Shown: piece by piece, positions 1-15,275 of the stretch
How positions within the stretch are numbered: the first letter of the stretch is position 1
Layout of the letters: every line of letters begins with the position of its first letter
From: Pseudomonadota bacterium
Lineage (GTDB): Bacteria; Pseudomonadota; Gammaproteobacteria; Burkholderiales; JAJZUU01
Reading direction: 5' to 3'
Assembly (NCBI GenBank): GCA_021848325.1
Contig: JAJZUU010000009.1
Span: forward strand, 1,580-65,579
Length of the DNA stretch: 64,000 nt
Notes under the pieces: generated by a model
The model's input: only the letters and a program-made list of their open reading frames with translations
Told to the model about the DNA's origin: nothing
The model's database searches: none
Position numbers and translations under genes: made by a program

Positions 1-2
1 AG

Positions 3-881
3 GCGCTGCCCAATGCCGGCGTGGGTCTTGCCCGCCTCGAATTCGTCATCGCCCGGACCATCGGCATCCACCCCAAAGCCGTGCTGCAGTACCCCGACCT
101 GCCGGATGAATTGCGCGAGACGGTGCGTCGGCGCAGCGCCGGCTACCCCGACCCGGTGGCCTTCTACGTGGAAAAGCTGGCCGAGGGCGTGGCCACCCTG
201 GCGGCGGCATTCTGGCCCAAGCCGGTGATCGTGCGCCTGTCCGACTTCAAATCCAACGAGTATGCCAACCTGATCGGCGGCGACCGTTACGAGCCCAAGG
301 AAGAGAACCCGATGCTCGGTTTTCGCGGCGCTTCCCGTTACGTGGCGGAGTCCTTCCGCGACTGCTTCGAGCTGGAATGCCGGGCCATGCGCAAGGTGCG
401 GGGGGAGATGGGGTTTACCAACGTCGAGCTGATGGTGCCCTTCGTGCGCACCGTGGAGGAGGGGGCCCGGGTGATCGGGCTGTTGGAGCAGAACGGCTTG
501 AAGCGGGGCGACAACGGGTTGAAGGTGGTCATGATGTGCGAGGTCCCCTCCAACGTTCTGCTGGCGGACCAGTTTCTGCAGCATTTCGACGGGTTTTCCA
601 TCGGCTCCAACGACCTTACCCAGCTCACCCTGGGGCTGGACCGGGACTCGGGCCTGGTGGCCGGGGCCTTCGATGAACGCAACGCCGCGGTCAAGGTGCT
701 GCTGCACCAGGCGATCCAGGCCTGCCGCCGCGCCGGCAAGTATGTGGGCATCTGCGGGCAGGGCCCGTCCGATCATCCCGATCTGGCCAAATGGCTGGTG
801 GAAGAAGGCATAGAGAGCATTTCCCTGAACCCTGACACGGTGGTGGAGACCTGGCTGTTCCTGGCGGGCAAGGAAGTGTAG
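3..881 (+). CDS. ppsA: phosphoenolpyruvate synthase, C-terminal part (5' end lies outside window)
   Basis: ORF 21..881 stays open to the window edge. Carries C-terminal PEP-utilising TIM-barrel motifs ([31 protein letters not shown]). Confidence 0.85.
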   Translation, partial: ALPNAGVGLARLEFVIARTIGIHPKAVLQYPDLPDELRETVRRRSAGYPDPVAFYVEKLAEGVATLAAAFWPKPVIVRLSDFKSNEYANLIGGDRYEPKEENPMLGFRGASRYVAESFRDCFELECRAMRKVRGEMGFTNVELMVPFVRTVEEGARVIGLLEQNGLKRGDNGLKVVMMCEVPSNVLLADQFLQHFDGFSIGSNDLTQLTLGLDRDSGLVAGAFDERNAAVKVLLHQAIQACRRAGKYVGICGQGPSDHPDLAKWLVEEGIESISLNPDTVVETWLFLAGKEV

Positions 882-900
882 GCGGCGTGCCAGCGGTGGT

Positions 901-2688
901 CTAGTAGCCGAGCGCCCGCGCCCCCTGGTAGAAGGCAAAGCTCAGAAGCCAGGCGAGCCCCAGGGGCCAGCCTACCGCCAACAGGGTGAACGGCAGGCTC
1001 TTGGATTCGCTGCGGATGGTGGCGATGGTGGACAGGCAGGGGGTGTAGATCAGGGTGAACAGCATGAAGCTGTAGGCCTGTACCCAGTCCAACTGGTGGC
1101 CCATCAGGCCCATCAGGGCGGTGCCTTCCATGCCGTAGATCACGGCTAGGGAACCGATCACGATTTCCTTTGCCACGAAGCCGAAGATCAAGGCGATGGC
1201 CAACTGCTGGTTGATGCCGATAGGGTCGAGCAGGGGCGACAGGAAGGCGCCGATCATGCCGGCCCAGGTCTGTGGGCTGGCGGGGGCGGCGCCGGCGGGG
1301 AAATGGGTCAGCAGCCACACCAGCACCACCCCGGCGATGATGAACTTGCTGGCGCGATTCAGGAAGTGGCGGGCCTCATGCCAGCCGCGCAACGCCATCT
1401 GGCGCAGGGTGGGGAAGCGGTAGGGAGGCAACTCCAAAATGAACGGCTCGGTGTTCTGGAACCGTTTTTTGAACAGCAGGGCGGTCAAAAAGGCGGTGGC
1501 GAAGCTGAACATGTAAAGGCTGAACAGCACCACCGGCGCCGCCCGCGGCGTAAATAGCGCAGTCGTGATGAAAATGAACACCTGCAGCCGGGCCGAGCAC
1601 AGGGAAAACGGGATGGTCAGCATGGTCAGCAGGCGCAGAGCGCGCGAGCGCATGACCCGGGTGCCCATCAGTGCCGGCACGTTGCAGCCGAAACCCATGA
1701 GCATCATGACGAAACTGCGCCCGTCCAGTCCCATCTTGGACATCAGCGCGTCCATCAGAAAGGCGGCGCGGGACAGGTAGCCCGTATCCTCCACGATGGC
1801 CATGAACAGAAAGAACAGGATGATGATCGGCACGAAGGCGGCGACGGTCCCCACCCCGTTGTAGATCCCGTCCAGCAGCAGGCCGCGCAGCATGGCGGGC
1901 GCCGGGGCGAGGGCCGGATCCAGCACCCCCTGTCGCAGTTGGTCCAGGGCCCAGCCCACCCCTTCCTGCAAGGGGCTGCCCAGAAAGAAGATGGCCTGGA
2001 ACAGCACGTACATCACCACAAAAAACAGCGGCAACCCGAACCAAGGGTGCAACAGGACATGATCGAGGCGTGCGGTCAGGTTGTCCGACAACTGGACCGG
2101 GATCTGCACTGCCTTGGACAGCGCCGCCTCCATCGCCGCCTCGATCTGCGCGTCCTGCGCCAGCATCTCGCGGATGCGCTCCAGCCGGACCGGGTGGCTG
2201 GCCTGCACCGCACGGTTGATGAGCTGGTACGCCTCCTTGTAGCCGGTGCCGTATTTTGCGCTGAGGGAAACCGTCGGCAGGTCGAGCACTTCCCCCATCT
2301 GTTGCGTATCCACCGTGATGCCGAACTTGCGCGCCTCGTCGGACATGTTCAGCAGCACCACAGCGGGCAGGTTAAGCTGCTTGATCTGCAGCACCAGACT
2401 CAACTGGCGCTCGATCTGCGAGGTGTTGACGATCAGCAGCACCAGATCGACCGCGTTGTTTTCCAGGAAATGGCGCACCACCTGCTCGTCGTCCGAGAAG
2501 CCGTGCAGATCGTAGATTCCGGGCAGATCCACCAGTTCCACGATTTCCCCGCCGAGCAGCACCTTGGCTCCCAGGAGGTCCACCGTCACGCCCGGCCAGT
2601 TGCCGACCCGGGCGGAGGCGCCCGTGATGCGGTTGAAGAAGGTGGACTTGCCGGTATTGGGCATGCCCAGGAGGGCGACGCGCTTCAT
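901..2688 (-). CDS. feoB: ferrous iron transporter FeoB
   Basis: 595-aa ORF with an N-terminal G-domain (GMPNTGKST, DLPG) followed by a polytopic membrane region. Lies directly downstream of feoA. Confidence 0.93.
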   Translation of the reverse strand: MKRVALLGMPNTGKSTFFNRITGASARVGNWPGVTVDLLGAKVLLGGEIVELVDLPGIYDLHGFSDDEQVVRHFLENNAVDLVLLIVNTSQIERQLSLVLQIKQLNLPAVVLLNMSDEARKFGITVDTQQMGEVLDLPTVSLSAKYGTGYKEAYQLINRAVQASHPVRLERIREMLAQDAQIEAAMEAALSKAVQIPVQLSDNLTARLDHVLLHPWFGLPLFFVVMYVLFQAIFFLGSPLQEGVGWALDQLRQGVLDPALAPAPAMLRGLLLDGIYNGVGTVAAFVPIIILFFLFMAIVEDTGYLSRAAFLMDALMSKMGLDGRSFVMMLMGFGCNVPALMGTRVMRSRALRLLTMLTIPFSLCSARLQVFIFITTALFTPRAAPVVLFSLYMFSFATAFLTALLFKKRFQNTEPFILELPPYRFPTLRQMALRGWHEARHFLNRASKFIIAGVVLVWLLTHFPAGAAPASPQTWAGMIGAFLSPLLDPIGINQQLAIALIFGFVAKEIVIGSLAVIYGMEGTALMGLMGHQLDWVQAYSFMLFTLIYTPCLSTIATIRSESKSLPFTLLAVGWPLGLAWLLSFAFYQGARALGY

Positions 2689-2694
2689 CTGGGT

Positions 2695-2931
2695 TTAGGA
2701 GAGTGGCTTGATGTCGATCTTGCGGGCTTCATTTATGCGCAGCATGACATCCGTCGTCCCGATCCGCACCTGAAGCGGCCCGGCAAACCTCGCCCCGCGG
2801 ATGACATTCACCTGCTTACCGATGCGGAAACCCAAGGCGGCAAGCCGATGGAACAGGTCTTCCTCGGTATTGAGGGCAGATATGATCCCTGCTTCACCAG
2901 GCTTGAGAGCGGACAGTTTCACGGTGTTCAT
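2695..2931 (-). CDS. feoA: ferrous iron transport protein FeoA
   Basis: 78 aa counted from internal ATG 2931 (MNTVKLSALKPGEAGII...), FeoA-like small SH3-type sequence. 6-nt gap to feoB. The longer ORF up to 3036 is an AT-rich leader. Confidence 0.8.
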   Translation of the reverse strand: MNTVKLSALKPGEAGIISALNTEEDLFHRLAALGFRIGKQVNVIRGARFAGPLQVRIGTTDVMLRINEARKIDIKPLS

Positions 2932-3119
2932 GGCGATAGGTATCCTGAGCAAAGATTGATTGAGAATTATTCTTATTATGGCAAAATTTTCACACACTTT
3001 GCAAGTAAAATTTGGATGTTTAGGTACGAAATGCAACTTACTGAATGTATGGCGAAAATAAAGCCGGCGGCGCGGCCGGAGGGCGACGCGCGCGGAACGT
3101 CCGCGGCAGTGGGCCGTAA

Positions 3120-4844
<1,725 letters not shown>

Positions 4845-4914
4845 GGGCGCGTGCCGCCGCAAACGAGGCGCAAAAAAGCGGCCGATTTTTTGTTAGACCC
4901 ACAACGGGCGCTAT

Positions 4915-7147
<2,233 letters not shown>

Positions 7148-7153
7148 CCCGAG

Positions 7154-7486
7154 ATGCGCTGGCTTACGCTCATCCTGGTGGCGTTGATTGCCCTGCTGCA
7201 ATACTCCTTGTGGCTCGGCAAGGGCAGTTGGCTCCGGGTGTGGCAGGTGGACCAGCAAGTGAAGGCGCAGAAAGCGACCAACCAGTCCCTGCAGGCGCGC
7301 AACGCTTCCCTGGACGCGGAGGTGCGCGACCTCAAGCAGGGCTACAGCGCCATCGAGGAACGTGCCCGCAGCGAGCTGGGCATGATTAAACAGGACGAGG
7401 TGTTCTTCCAGGTGCTGGAGGAACCGAAACCTGCGGCGCCCTCCGCCACGCCGCATCCGCCGCCGAAAGGGAGCGTGCGGCATTGA
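7154..7486 (+). CDS. ftsB: cell division protein FtsB
   Basis: 110 aa with one N-terminal TM helix and a coiled coil ([18 protein letters not shown]). Conserved position after eno. Confidence 0.88.
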   Translation: MRWLTLILVALIALLQYSLWLGKGSWLRVWQVDQQVKAQKATNQSLQARNASLDAEVRDLKQGYSAIEERARSELGMIKQDEVFFQVLEEPKPAAPSATPHPPPKGSVRH

Positions 7487-7563
7487 GTCGGGCTTGGTTG
7501 GGGCCCGGGCTGTGCCTTTGTTGCGCTCCCCGCTCCCGCCGCTATGCCCCCTTGGGCCTCCGC

Positions 7564-8592
7564 TTACAGGGGGTAAGGCAGGGGTAGGAATCTGAGGGCG
7601 GGCCCGTCCGCCGTCTTCCAGTGGACATTCCCCGTCTCGGCGCTGCTGATCTGGATCACCGCCAGCACGTCGCAGCCCCCGTCCGGGGAGGGATGGGCAT
7701 TGACGATCATCCCGCTGGCCTGGCCTTCCAGGTCCGGGCTGAACAGTTCGTCGCCCGGGGCCGCCGAACTGGTGCCGTCGATGTTCGCCAGATACATGCG
7801 CCGTTTGAGCTTGCCGAGATACTGGGTCCGGGCCACGATCTCCTGGCCGGGATAGCAGCCCTTCTGGAAGCTCACCCCGCCGATCGCCTCGCAATTCACC
7901 ATCTGAGGCACGAACTGTTCCTGGGTGGCGGGCAGGATGCTGGCGATGCCGGCCCGCAGTTCCAGCCACTCCCACCACGAACTGCCGACGGGGATGCAAT
8001 CCTGGGCCAGGCGGTCCCACAGGGCGGGGGCGTTGTCCGGCGCGGTGACGATTTCGAAGCGCTCGCCCGGCAGGCGGATGACGGTGTCCCCGTTCGCCCG
8101 GAGCACGTCATGGGGTGCCGCCGGCGCTTCGCCATAGAGCCGCTGCACCACCTGGGCCGCCGCGGCGCCGGCCAGACCCAGGCGGACGGATTGCTCGCTC
8201 GCGTCCAGCACTTTTACCTTGGAGCGCAGGACATACATGGTGAGGCGCTTTTGAACGGCCGGCAACAGCACCGCCGGAAGCTGCACGCAGTAGCCGGTCT
8301 CCGTCTGCCACAGCAAGAAGCTGGCAAGGAGTCGGCCCTTCGGCGTGCAATAGCCACCGTACTGGCTTTTCCCGGGGCCGGCCTGGCGTACGTCGCTGGT
8401 GATCTGGCCTTGCAGGAAGGACTGGCTGTCCTCGCCGGAGAAGGCGATCACACCGAGGGCGGAGAGATCGGTGACGATGGTGCCGCCCCTGGCCGATTCC
8501 TTTTCCTTTGCCGGGTTGCCGAAATGCTCGACCCGCCCATCGACGATGAGTGCTCCCGAGGATACCAAATGATTTTGCCAAGTCGGATTCAT
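7564..8592 (-). CDS. ygfZ: folate-binding tRNA-modification protein YgfZ family
   Basis: GcvT-like sequence with C-terminal KGCYPGQE motif. Start placed at ATG 8592 (MNPTWQNHL). Confidence 0.8.
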   Translation of the reverse strand: MNPTWQNHLVSSGALIVDGRVEHFGNPAKEKESARGGTIVTDLSALGVIAFSGEDSQSFLQGQITSDVRQAGPGKSQYGGYCTPKGRLLASFLLWQTETGYCVQLPAVLLPAVQKRLTMYVLRSKVKVLDASEQSVRLGLAGAAAAQVVQRLYGEAPAAPHDVLRANGDTVIRLPGERFEIVTAPDNAPALWDRLAQDCIPVGSSWWEWLELRAGIASILPATQEQFVPQMVNCEAIGGVSFQKGCYPGQEIVARTQYLGKLKRRMYLANIDGTSSAAPGDELFSPDLEGQASGMIVNAHPSPDGGCDVLAVIQISSAETGNVHWKTADGPALRFLPLPYPL

Positions 8593-8761
8593 AATTATGG
8601 ATTGAGATGTCAGCGGCTTCCATCCATGCTTGCCCGAGGCTCTGGGAAACCTTACGATGGTCGTGCGGGTGAAGCAGCCCGCGGCGCAGACGGCCGCAAG
8701 TTGAGCTAATCCCGTCAGCTCACTAAAATAATTGCCTTTGGCGTTTTTTACAAGGCCTCTC

Positions 8762-9136
8762 ATGCAAAAACGGCGTCCGGTGTACTTGAATCTCCTGAAA
8801 ATCAAGTTTCCTGCAAGCGGAATGGTTTCCATATTGCACCGGGCGAGCGGGCTGTTGCTGTTTCTCGCCATCCCGCTGTTGCTGCTGGCGCTGGATCGCT
8901 CGCTGGCGTCCTTGGAGGGGTTCGACTCCCTGGCCATGGACGGTCACGGATGGCTGTCGAGGCTGGTGGTGGGGGCGGTGTTATGGGGTTTCCTGCACCA
9001 CCTGTTCGCCGGCCTGCGTTTCCTGTCGCTCGACGTGCACCGGGGCATCCACCTGCCCCAGGCGCGTTTCAGCGCGCGGCTGGTGCTGCTTGCCAGCGCG
9101 CTTAGCGCCGTGGCGCTGGCGCTGTGGCTGTGGTGA
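8762..9136 (+). CDS. sdhC: succinate dehydrogenase cytochrome b556 subunit
   Basis: Small 3-TM protein (SILHRASG motif) leading the sdhCDAB cluster. Start at ATG 8762; 8732 is also possible. Confidence 0.85.
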   Translation: MQKRRPVYLNLLKIKFPASGMVSILHRASGLLLFLAIPLLLLALDRSLASLEGFDSLAMDGHGWLSRLVVGAVLWGFLHHLFAGLRFLSLDVHRGIHLPQARFSARLVLLASALSAVALALWLW

Positions 9137-9483
9137 CCCGGTCGGTGGGCGGGGCCCACTACGGTCTGCGGGATTGGCTGATACAGCGGGTTACCGCGGT
9201 GTTCATGACCGGCTACGCGCTTTTTCTGTTGGGGCTGGTGTTGTATTGGCGGCCCCTGGGCTATGCTCGGTGGAAGGCGCTGTTCGACCAGCCCTGGATG
9301 CGTTACGCCACCCTCCTGTTTTTTCTCGGCCTCTGTCTGCATGCCTGGGTGGGGGTACGGGACATCCTGATGGATTACGTGCCGGTCACCGCCATCAGGC
9401 TTTTTTTCCACGTCTTGGCGATCATGGCGTTGCTGGTCTATTCGATGTGGGCGATCCGGATATTGTGGAGCAACGGAATTTGA
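9124..9483 (+). CDS. sdhD: succinate dehydrogenase membrane anchor subunit
   Basis: 119-aa hydrophobic protein ([15 protein letters not shown]) between sdhC and sdhA. Confidence 0.85.
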   Translation: MAVVTRSVGGAHYGLRDWLIQRVTAVFMTGYALFLLGLVLYWRPLGYARWKALFDQPWMRYATLLFFLGLCLHAWVGVRDILMDYVPVTAIRLFFHVLAIMALLVYSMWAIRILWSNGI

Positions 9484-11246
9484 CGAACGTGGCCAAGCGT
9501 ACCTTCGACACCTTGGTGATCGGGGCCGGCGGGGGAGGGTTGCGCGCCGCTTTGCAGCTGGCGGATGCCGAGTGCCATGTGGCGGTGGTGTCCAAGGTTT
9601 TCCCCACCCGATCCCACACCGTGGCGGCTCAGGGAGGGATCAATGCCGCCCTGGGCAACGTGAGCCCGGACAACTGGCATTGGCATATGTACGACACCGT
9701 CAAGGGATCGGACTACCTGGGGGACCAGGACGCCATCGAATATATGTGCCGCAGCGCGGCGCAACTGGTGTACGAGCTGGAGCACGCCGGAGTGCCCTTT
9801 TCGCGGCTGGACAACGGCAAGATCTATCAGCGCCCGTTCGGCGGGCAGTCCCGGGAATTCGGCAAGTCCCAGGCGACGCGCACCTGCGCCGCCGCCGACC
9901 GGACCGGCCATGCCTTGCTGCACGCGCTTTACCAACAGAACCTGAGGGCCAAGACCCACTTCTTCGACGAATTCTACGCGGTCGACCTGCTTAAGGACGC
10001 GGATGGCTATGTCCTGGGCGTGCTGGCCTTTGAAATCGAGACCGGAGAACCGCTGGTGATTGAGGCGCGCACCACCCTGCTCGCCACCGGCGGCGCGGCC
10101 AGGATCTTCCAGAGTTCCACCAACGCCCTGATCAATACCGGCGACGGCCTGGGCATGACGCTGCGCGCCGGAATACCACTGCAGGACATGGAATTCTTCC
10201 AGTTCCATCCGACCGGCATCGCCGGCGTGGGCAACCTCATGTCCGAAGCAGCCAGGGGGGAAGGTGGATACCTGCTGAACGCTGCCGGCGAGCGCTTCAT
10301 GGAGCGCTATGCCCCCAATGCACGGGACCTGGCCAGCCGGGACGTGGTGAGCCGGGCGATCATTACCGAGATTCGGGAGGGCAGAGGCTGTGGCGAGCGG
10401 CGCGACCACGTTTTGCTCAAGCTGGACCATCTGGGCGCGGACGTGATCAAGCAGCGCTTGCCGGGCATCCGCGAACTGGCCATGCGGTTCGCCCACATCG
10501 ACCCCATCGAGCGGCCGGTGCCGGTGTTCCCCACCGCCCACTACATGATGGGCGGGATCCCCACCGACCGTCACGGCCGGGTGGTGGCACCGGCCATGTT
10601 CGGGCCGGAGGAGGCGGTGCCCGGACTGTATGCCGTGGGCGAGTGCGCCTGCGTTTCAGTGCACGGGGCCAACCGGCTGGGGGGAAATTCCCTGCTGGAC
10701 ATCCTGGTTTTCGGACGCGCCGCGGGCAATCACATCCTCGAATATCTGCGCGACAATCCCTACCCCCGGGAAACTCCGCCGGATGCCTTGGAAGTACCCC
10801 TTCAGCGCCTGCGCCGCTGGGAGCGACCGGGCAAGGGAGAGACCGTCTACCGGATCCGCGAGGAAATGCGCAGCGTCATGGAACGGCATTGCGGGGTATT
10901 CCGCAGCGGGGACCTGATGACCGAAGGAATCCGCAAAGTCGAGGAACTGCACGACAGGCTCCAGCATGCGGTCATCCACGATCGGAGCAAGGTGTTCAAC
11001 ACGGCGCGCATCGAGGCGCTGGAACTGGAGAACATGATGGAAATCGCCCTTGCCGCCATCATCTCGGCACAGGCGCGCCAGGAGAGCCGCGGGGCCCATT
11101 CCCGGGAGGATTTTCCGGAGCGGGACGACGACCACTGGCTCAAGCATTCGCTGTATTTCATGGAAGGCCGCCGCATGGACTACAAGCCGGTACGGCTCAA
11201 GCCGCTCACGGCGGAGACATTCGCACCCAAGGCGCGGAGCTATTAG
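9480..11246 (+). CDS. sdhA: succinate dehydrogenase flavoprotein subunit
   Basis: FAD-binding [28 protein letters not shown]-type and HPTG motifs. No ATG near the N-terminus, so the likely start is TTG 9480 or GTG 9489, overlapping the sdhD stop. Confidence 0.93.
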   Translation: MTNVAKRTFDTLVIGAGGGGLRAALQLADAECHVAVVSKVFPTRSHTVAAQGGINAALGNVSPDNWHWHMYDTVKGSDYLGDQDAIEYMCRSAAQLVYELEHAGVPFSRLDNGKIYQRPFGGQSREFGKSQATRTCAAADRTGHALLHALYQQNLRAKTHFFDEFYAVDLLKDADGYVLGVLAFEIETGEPLVIEARTTLLATGGAARIFQSSTNALINTGDGLGMTLRAGIPLQDMEFFQFHPTGIAGVGNLMSEAARGEGGYLLNAAGERFMERYAPNARDLASRDVVSRAIITEIREGRGCGERRDHVLLKLDHLGADVIKQRLPGIRELAMRFAHIDPIERPVPVFPTAHYMMGGIPTDRHGRVVAPAMFGPEEAVPGLYAVGECACVSVHGANRLGGNSLLDILVFGRAAGNHILEYLRDNPYPRETPPDALEVPLQRLRRWERPGKGETVYRIREEMRSVMERHCGVFRSGDLMTEGIRKVEELHDRLQHAVIHDRSKVFNTARIEALELENMMEIALAAIISAQARQESRGAHSREDFPERDDDHWLKHSLYFMEGRRMDYKPVRLKPLTAETFAPKARSY

Positions 11247-11344
11247 AATTTGTTATGAATAACCATTGCCTGCGCTTCGCGCCTTGCGGCCATTCCGAAT
11301 ACGTGGCAACGTACCTCCAAGCTATTCATTGACGAGCCCTTGGC

Positions 11345-12040
11345 ATGCGTTTTTCCATCTACCGCTACAATCCGGAAACCGACGCGAAGCCATACATGCG
11401 GGACTACCAGTTGGACATCGACGCCAGCGGCAAGATGCTGCTGGATGCGATCCTGCTCCTCAAGGCCCAGGACGAAACCCTCAGCGTGCGCTCCTCCTGC
11501 CGCGAAGGGGTGTGCGGTTCGGATGCCCTCAACATCAACGGCAGAAACGGCCTAGCCTGCATCACCCCGCTGTCCGACCTCAAGGAGCCGATCGAACTGC
11601 GGCCACTGCCGGGTGTGCCGGTGATTCGGGACCTGGTGGTGGATCTGAGCCAGTTCTACCATCAATATCGTGCCATTCGCCCCTACCTGGTCAATCAGGA
11701 CCCCGAGCCGGAGATTGAGCGCCTGCAAGCGCCGGAGCAAAGGGCGGAACTGGACGGGCTGTACGAATGCATTCTGTGCGCCTGCTGCTCTACCGCCTGT
11801 CCGTCGTTCTGGTGGAACCCGGACAAGTTTCTCGGGCCCGCGGCCCTGCTCCAGGCCTACCGGTTTTTGGCCGACAGCCGCGACCAGGCCACCAACGAAC
11901 GGCTGGATTACCTGGAAGACCCTTACCGGCTGTTCCGTTGCCACACCATCATGAATTGCGTGGACGTTTGCCCGAAGGGGCTGAACCCGGCCCTGGCCAT
12001 CGGCAAGATCAGGTCGTTGCTGGTCAAGCGCACCATATGA
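11345..12040 (+). CDS. sdhB: succinate dehydrogenase iron-sulfur subunit
   Basis: 231 aa with 2Fe-2S (CREGVCGSD) and 4Fe-4S/3Fe-4S (CILCACCSTACPS, CHTIMNCVDVCPK) cysteine motifs. Confidence 0.96.
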   Translation: MRFSIYRYNPETDAKPYMRDYQLDIDASGKMLLDAILLLKAQDETLSVRSSCREGVCGSDALNINGRNGLACITPLSDLKEPIELRPLPGVPVIRDLVVDLSQFYHQYRAIRPYLVNQDPEPEIERLQAPEQRAELDGLYECILCACCSTACPSFWWNPDKFLGPAALLQAYRFLADSRDQATNERLDYLEDPYRLFRCHTIMNCVDVCPKGLNPALAIGKIRSLLVKRTI

Positions 12041-12273
12041 ATGAGGTCAACCGCGTGCGCTGGCGCTGCCGGCGCGGCATGCTGGAATTGGACCTGGTCC
12101 TGGCCAGATTCGTGGATCGGTACTACGCCCGGTTCACTCCCGACCAGAAGCGCCTGTTCGGCGACTTGCTGACTCTCCCGGACAACGACTTGTGGGACAT
12201 GCTTACCCGGGAAGAAGTGCCCGGGGCGGACGAAGAGATGGCCCCGCTGCTGCGGCTGTTGCGCCGATGCTGA
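12037..12273 (+). CDS. sdhE: FAD assembly factor SdhE (YgfY/CptB family)
   Basis: 78 aa with RWRCRRGMLELD motif. ATGA overlap with the sdhB stop. Confidence 0.88.
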   Translation: MNEVNRVRWRCRRGMLELDLVLARFVDRYYARFTPDQKRLFGDLLTLPDNDLWDMLTREEVPGADEEMAPLLRLLRRC

Positions 12274-12704
12274 CCCTCGCTCTGGGCCGCTCCCCCCTGC
12301 TGATGGCACTGTTGGCGGCAATGCACGGCATCGGCGCGGCGAGCGTTTGGCTGGTGCCCGGGCCATCCTGGCTGAAGGTGTCCGTCAGCCTCGCGCTGGC
12401 GGCCAGTCTGGCATTCTACGGCGCGCGGGACGCCTGGCGGGTGCTGGGGGGAGCCGCGGTGGCACTGCGGCTGCGCTCCGATTGCAGTTGCGAGATCGCG
12501 ACGCGGCAGGGCCGATGGCTGGAGGCGAGGCTGCTGGGGTCCACTTTCGTCTCCCCCTATCTGACGGTGCTTAATCTGCGGCCCAAGGGAGGCCTGTTTG
12601 CCAGGCACGTGGTGATCTTGCCGGATGCGGTGGATACCGAAGGCTTTCGCCGCCTGCGGGTGCTGCTCAAGTGGAAATGCAGCGGTTCCGCAAGCGCCGC
12701 ATAG
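12267..12704 (+). CDS. YgfX/CptA-like inner membrane protein
   Basis: 145 aa with two N-terminal hydrophobic helices. Overlaps the sdhE end by 7 nt. Same sdhE-ygfX arrangement as in E. coli. Confidence 0.6.
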   Translation: MLTLALGRSPLLMALLAAMHGIGAASVWLVPGPSWLKVSVSLALAASLAFYGARDAWRVLGGAAVALRLRSDCSCEIATRQGRWLEARLLGSTFVSPYLTVLNLRPKGGLFARHVVILPDAVDTEGFRRLRVLLKWKCSGSASAA

Positions 12705-12799
12705 CCCGCAGGCATCTTCCCTGTAAGCGACGGACCGTTACAAACCGACTAATTGAACTGTGTCTTCTGCGGTAAAGCGTCGTTTGTTGCTTTCCCTGG

Positions 12800-14371
12800 C
12801 TATGGAACCAGTACGGTGTTTTCCGCGACCGGCAATGGTTCGGGATAGTCCCGGCTGTAATGCAGGCCGCGGCTCTCGTGGCGGCGCATGGCGCAGCGCA
12901 CGATCAGGTCCGCGGTCAGCACCAGATTGCGCAACTCGATCAGGTCGTTGCTGACGCGGAAGTTCTGGTAGAACTCGTCGATCTCCTCGGTGAGCAACTG
13001 GATGCGGTGCTTGGCCCGTTCCAGCCGCTTGTTGGTGCGCACGATCCCCACGTAGTCCCACATGAAGCGGCGCAACTCTCCCCAGTTGTGGGCGATGACG
13101 ATCTCTTCGTCGGCGTCGGTCACCCGGCTTTCGTCCCACTGGGGCAACGGGGGCTCGGGTACGTGTCTCTGCTCCAGGATGTCCCGGGCAGCCGCCTGGG
13201 CGAAGGCTATGCACTCCAGCAGGGAATTGCTGGCCAACCGGTTGGCCCCGTGCAGGCCGGTATGGGCCACTTCTCCGACGGCGTACAGGCTGGCCACGTC
13301 GGTGCGCGCCCGCAGGTCCGTCATTACGCCCCCGCAACTGTAGTGGGCGGCCGGGACCACCGGGATCGGCTGGCGGGTGATGTCGATGCCCAGTTCCAGG
13401 CAGCGCGTGTAGATGTTGGGGAAATGGCTGGTGAGAAAGTCCGCCGGCTTGTGGGAGATGTCCAGGTAGACGCAGTCCGCCCCGCGCTTTTTCATCTCGA
13501 AGTCGATGGCCCGGGCGACGATGTCCCTTGGCGCCAGTTCGGCCCGCGGGTCGTGTTCGGGCATGAAACGGGTGCCGTCCGGAAGCCGGAGCAGGCCGCC
13601 TTCCCCCCGTACCGCCTCGCTGATCAGGAAGGATTTGGCGTGGGGGTGGTACAGGCAGGTCGGGTGGAACTGGATGAATTCCATGTTGGCCACGCGACAG
13701 CCAGCGCGCCAGCCCATGGCTACGCCGTCTCCGGTGGATACGTCCGGGTTGGTGGTGTACAGATAGACCTTCCCGGTGCCGCCGGTGGCCAGAACCGTGT
13801 GCTGGGCGGCAAAGGTTACGACTTTGCCTGCCGCGGTATCCAGGGCATACACGCCGTAGCAGCGTTGGTCGGGCCGTCCCAGCTTGTGGCCGGTGATGAG
13901 GTCGATGGCGATGTGCTGTTCCAGGATGGTGATGTTGGGGTGGTTCCTGACCTTCTCTGCCAGGGTCTGCTGGATCGCCAGACCAGTGGCATCCGCGGCG
14001 TGGACCACCCGGCGATGGCTATGGCCGCCTTCCCGGGTCAGGTGGTAGCCGGTATTGGCGTTTCTGTCCCGGGTGAAAGGAATTCCCTGCTCGATCAGCC
14101 ACCCGATTGCCGCTTTGCCGTGTTCCACCACGAAGCGGGTTACCATTTCGTCGCACAGTCCGGCGCCGGCGATCAACGTATCGCGGACGTGGTTCTCGAT
14201 CGAATCCTCGCTGTCCAGAGCGGCCGCAATCCCGCCCTGGGCCCAACTGCTTGCGCCGTCGAGAAGGGTCCTCTTGGTCAGCAGCACCACCCGTTTGCTG
14301 TGCGCTACCTGCAACGCCAGGGTGAACCCGGCAAGCCCGCTGCCTATTATGATCACGTCGAAACGAAACAC
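12800..14371 (-). CDS. nadB: L-aspartate oxidase
   Basis: 523 aa with [12 protein letters not shown] dinucleotide fold and fumarate-reductase/SdhA-like core ([16 protein letters not shown]). Confidence 0.94.
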   Translation of the reverse strand: MFRFDVIIIGSGLAGFTLALQVAHSKRVVLLTKRTLLDGASSWAQGGIAAALDSEDSIENHVRDTLIAGAGLCDEMVTRFVVEHGKAAIGWLIEQGIPFTRDRNANTGYHLTREGGHSHRRVVHAADATGLAIQQTLAEKVRNHPNITILEQHIAIDLITGHKLGRPDQRCYGVYALDTAAGKVVTFAAQHTVLATGGTGKVYLYTTNPDVSTGDGVAMGWRAGCRVANMEFIQFHPTCLYHPHAKSFLISEAVRGEGGLLRLPDGTRFMPEHDPRAELAPRDIVARAIDFEMKKRGADCVYLDISHKPADFLTSHFPNIYTRCLELGIDITRQPIPVVPAAHYSCGGVMTDLRARTDVASLYAVGEVAHTGLHGANRLASNSLLECIAFAQAAARDILEQRHVPEPPLPQWDESRVTDADEEIVIAHNWGELRRFMWDYVGIVRTNKRLERAKHRIQLLTEEIDEFYQNFRVSNDLIELRNLVLTADLIVRCAMRRHESRGLHYSRDYPEPLPVAENTVLVP

Positions 14372-14674
14372 TTTGGACTCCGCCTTGTCTTATGCCTGTA
14401 ATGATATCTCATCCCGCTCGCCCGCGCGCCAAACGCAAGATGCTTTTTCGGGTTGAAGGAAGGGCCGACGGGGACAAATTTGTTTTTTGCGGTGGAACAA
14501 CCCTTTCTTGGGGTGAACTATTGTTTGGCCCCATTGTCTTTCCTACAGAGTTCGAGGCGGAAGCGGGCTCCCTGAATGGTGTATACTAGGTTACGCGGCT
14601 TGTAGGCTCGTGAAACGGGCCGTTCCGGTCGTTCATAGTCTAATGCCAACAACTACCAATCAGGGAAGACCCGC

Positions 14675-15274
14675 ATGGGTGATCGGGAGATCGACCAGCA
14701 ATTGGTCGAACGTGCTCAACATGGCGACAAGCAGGCCTTCGAGCTGCTTGTCGTCAAGTACCAGCGCAAGCTGGCGCGCCTGTTGTCGCGTTTTGTCCGC
14801 GATTCGGCAGAGGTCGAGGACGTAACGCAGGAGGCTTTCATAAAAGCCTATCGCGCGCTGCCCTCGTTTCGCGGGGAAAGCGCATTTTACACTTGGTTGT
14901 ACCGGATCGGGATCAACACGGCGAAGAACTATCTGGTGGCCTTGGGCCGGCGCGCGCCCACCACCACCGAGTTCGACAGCGAAGAGGCTGAAACATTCGA
15001 GGACGCTGGGCTGCTGCGCGACATCAATACGCCGGAGAGCGAACTGATGAGCAAGCAGATCGCCATGACCGTGAACGCGGTCATGGAAACACTTCCGGAG
15101 GAATTGCGTACGGCGATTACCTTGCGGGAGATCGAGGGCCTGAGTTACGAGGACATTGCCAGTATCATGAATTGCCCCATTGGCACGGTGCGTTCCCGTA
15201 TTTTTCGTGCCCGTGAGGCGGTTGCCGAGAAACTGCGTCCGCTGCTGGATACAGGTAAAGACAAGAGGTGGTGA
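14675..15274 (+). CDS. rpoE: ECF sigma factor sigma-E (RpoE/AlgU)
   Basis: 199 aa with QQLVERAQHGDKQAFELLVVKYQ N-terminus. Followed by rseA/B/C and degP. Confidence 0.95.
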   Translation: MGDREIDQQLVERAQHGDKQAFELLVVKYQRKLARLLSRFVRDSAEVEDVTQEAFIKAYRALPSFRGESAFYTWLYRIGINTAKNYLVALGRRAPTTTEFDSEEAETFEDAGLLRDINTPESELMSKQIAMTVNAVMETLPEELRTAITLREIEGLSYEDIASIMNCPIGTVRSRIFRAREAVAEKLRPLLDTGKDKRW

Positions 15275-15275
15275 A

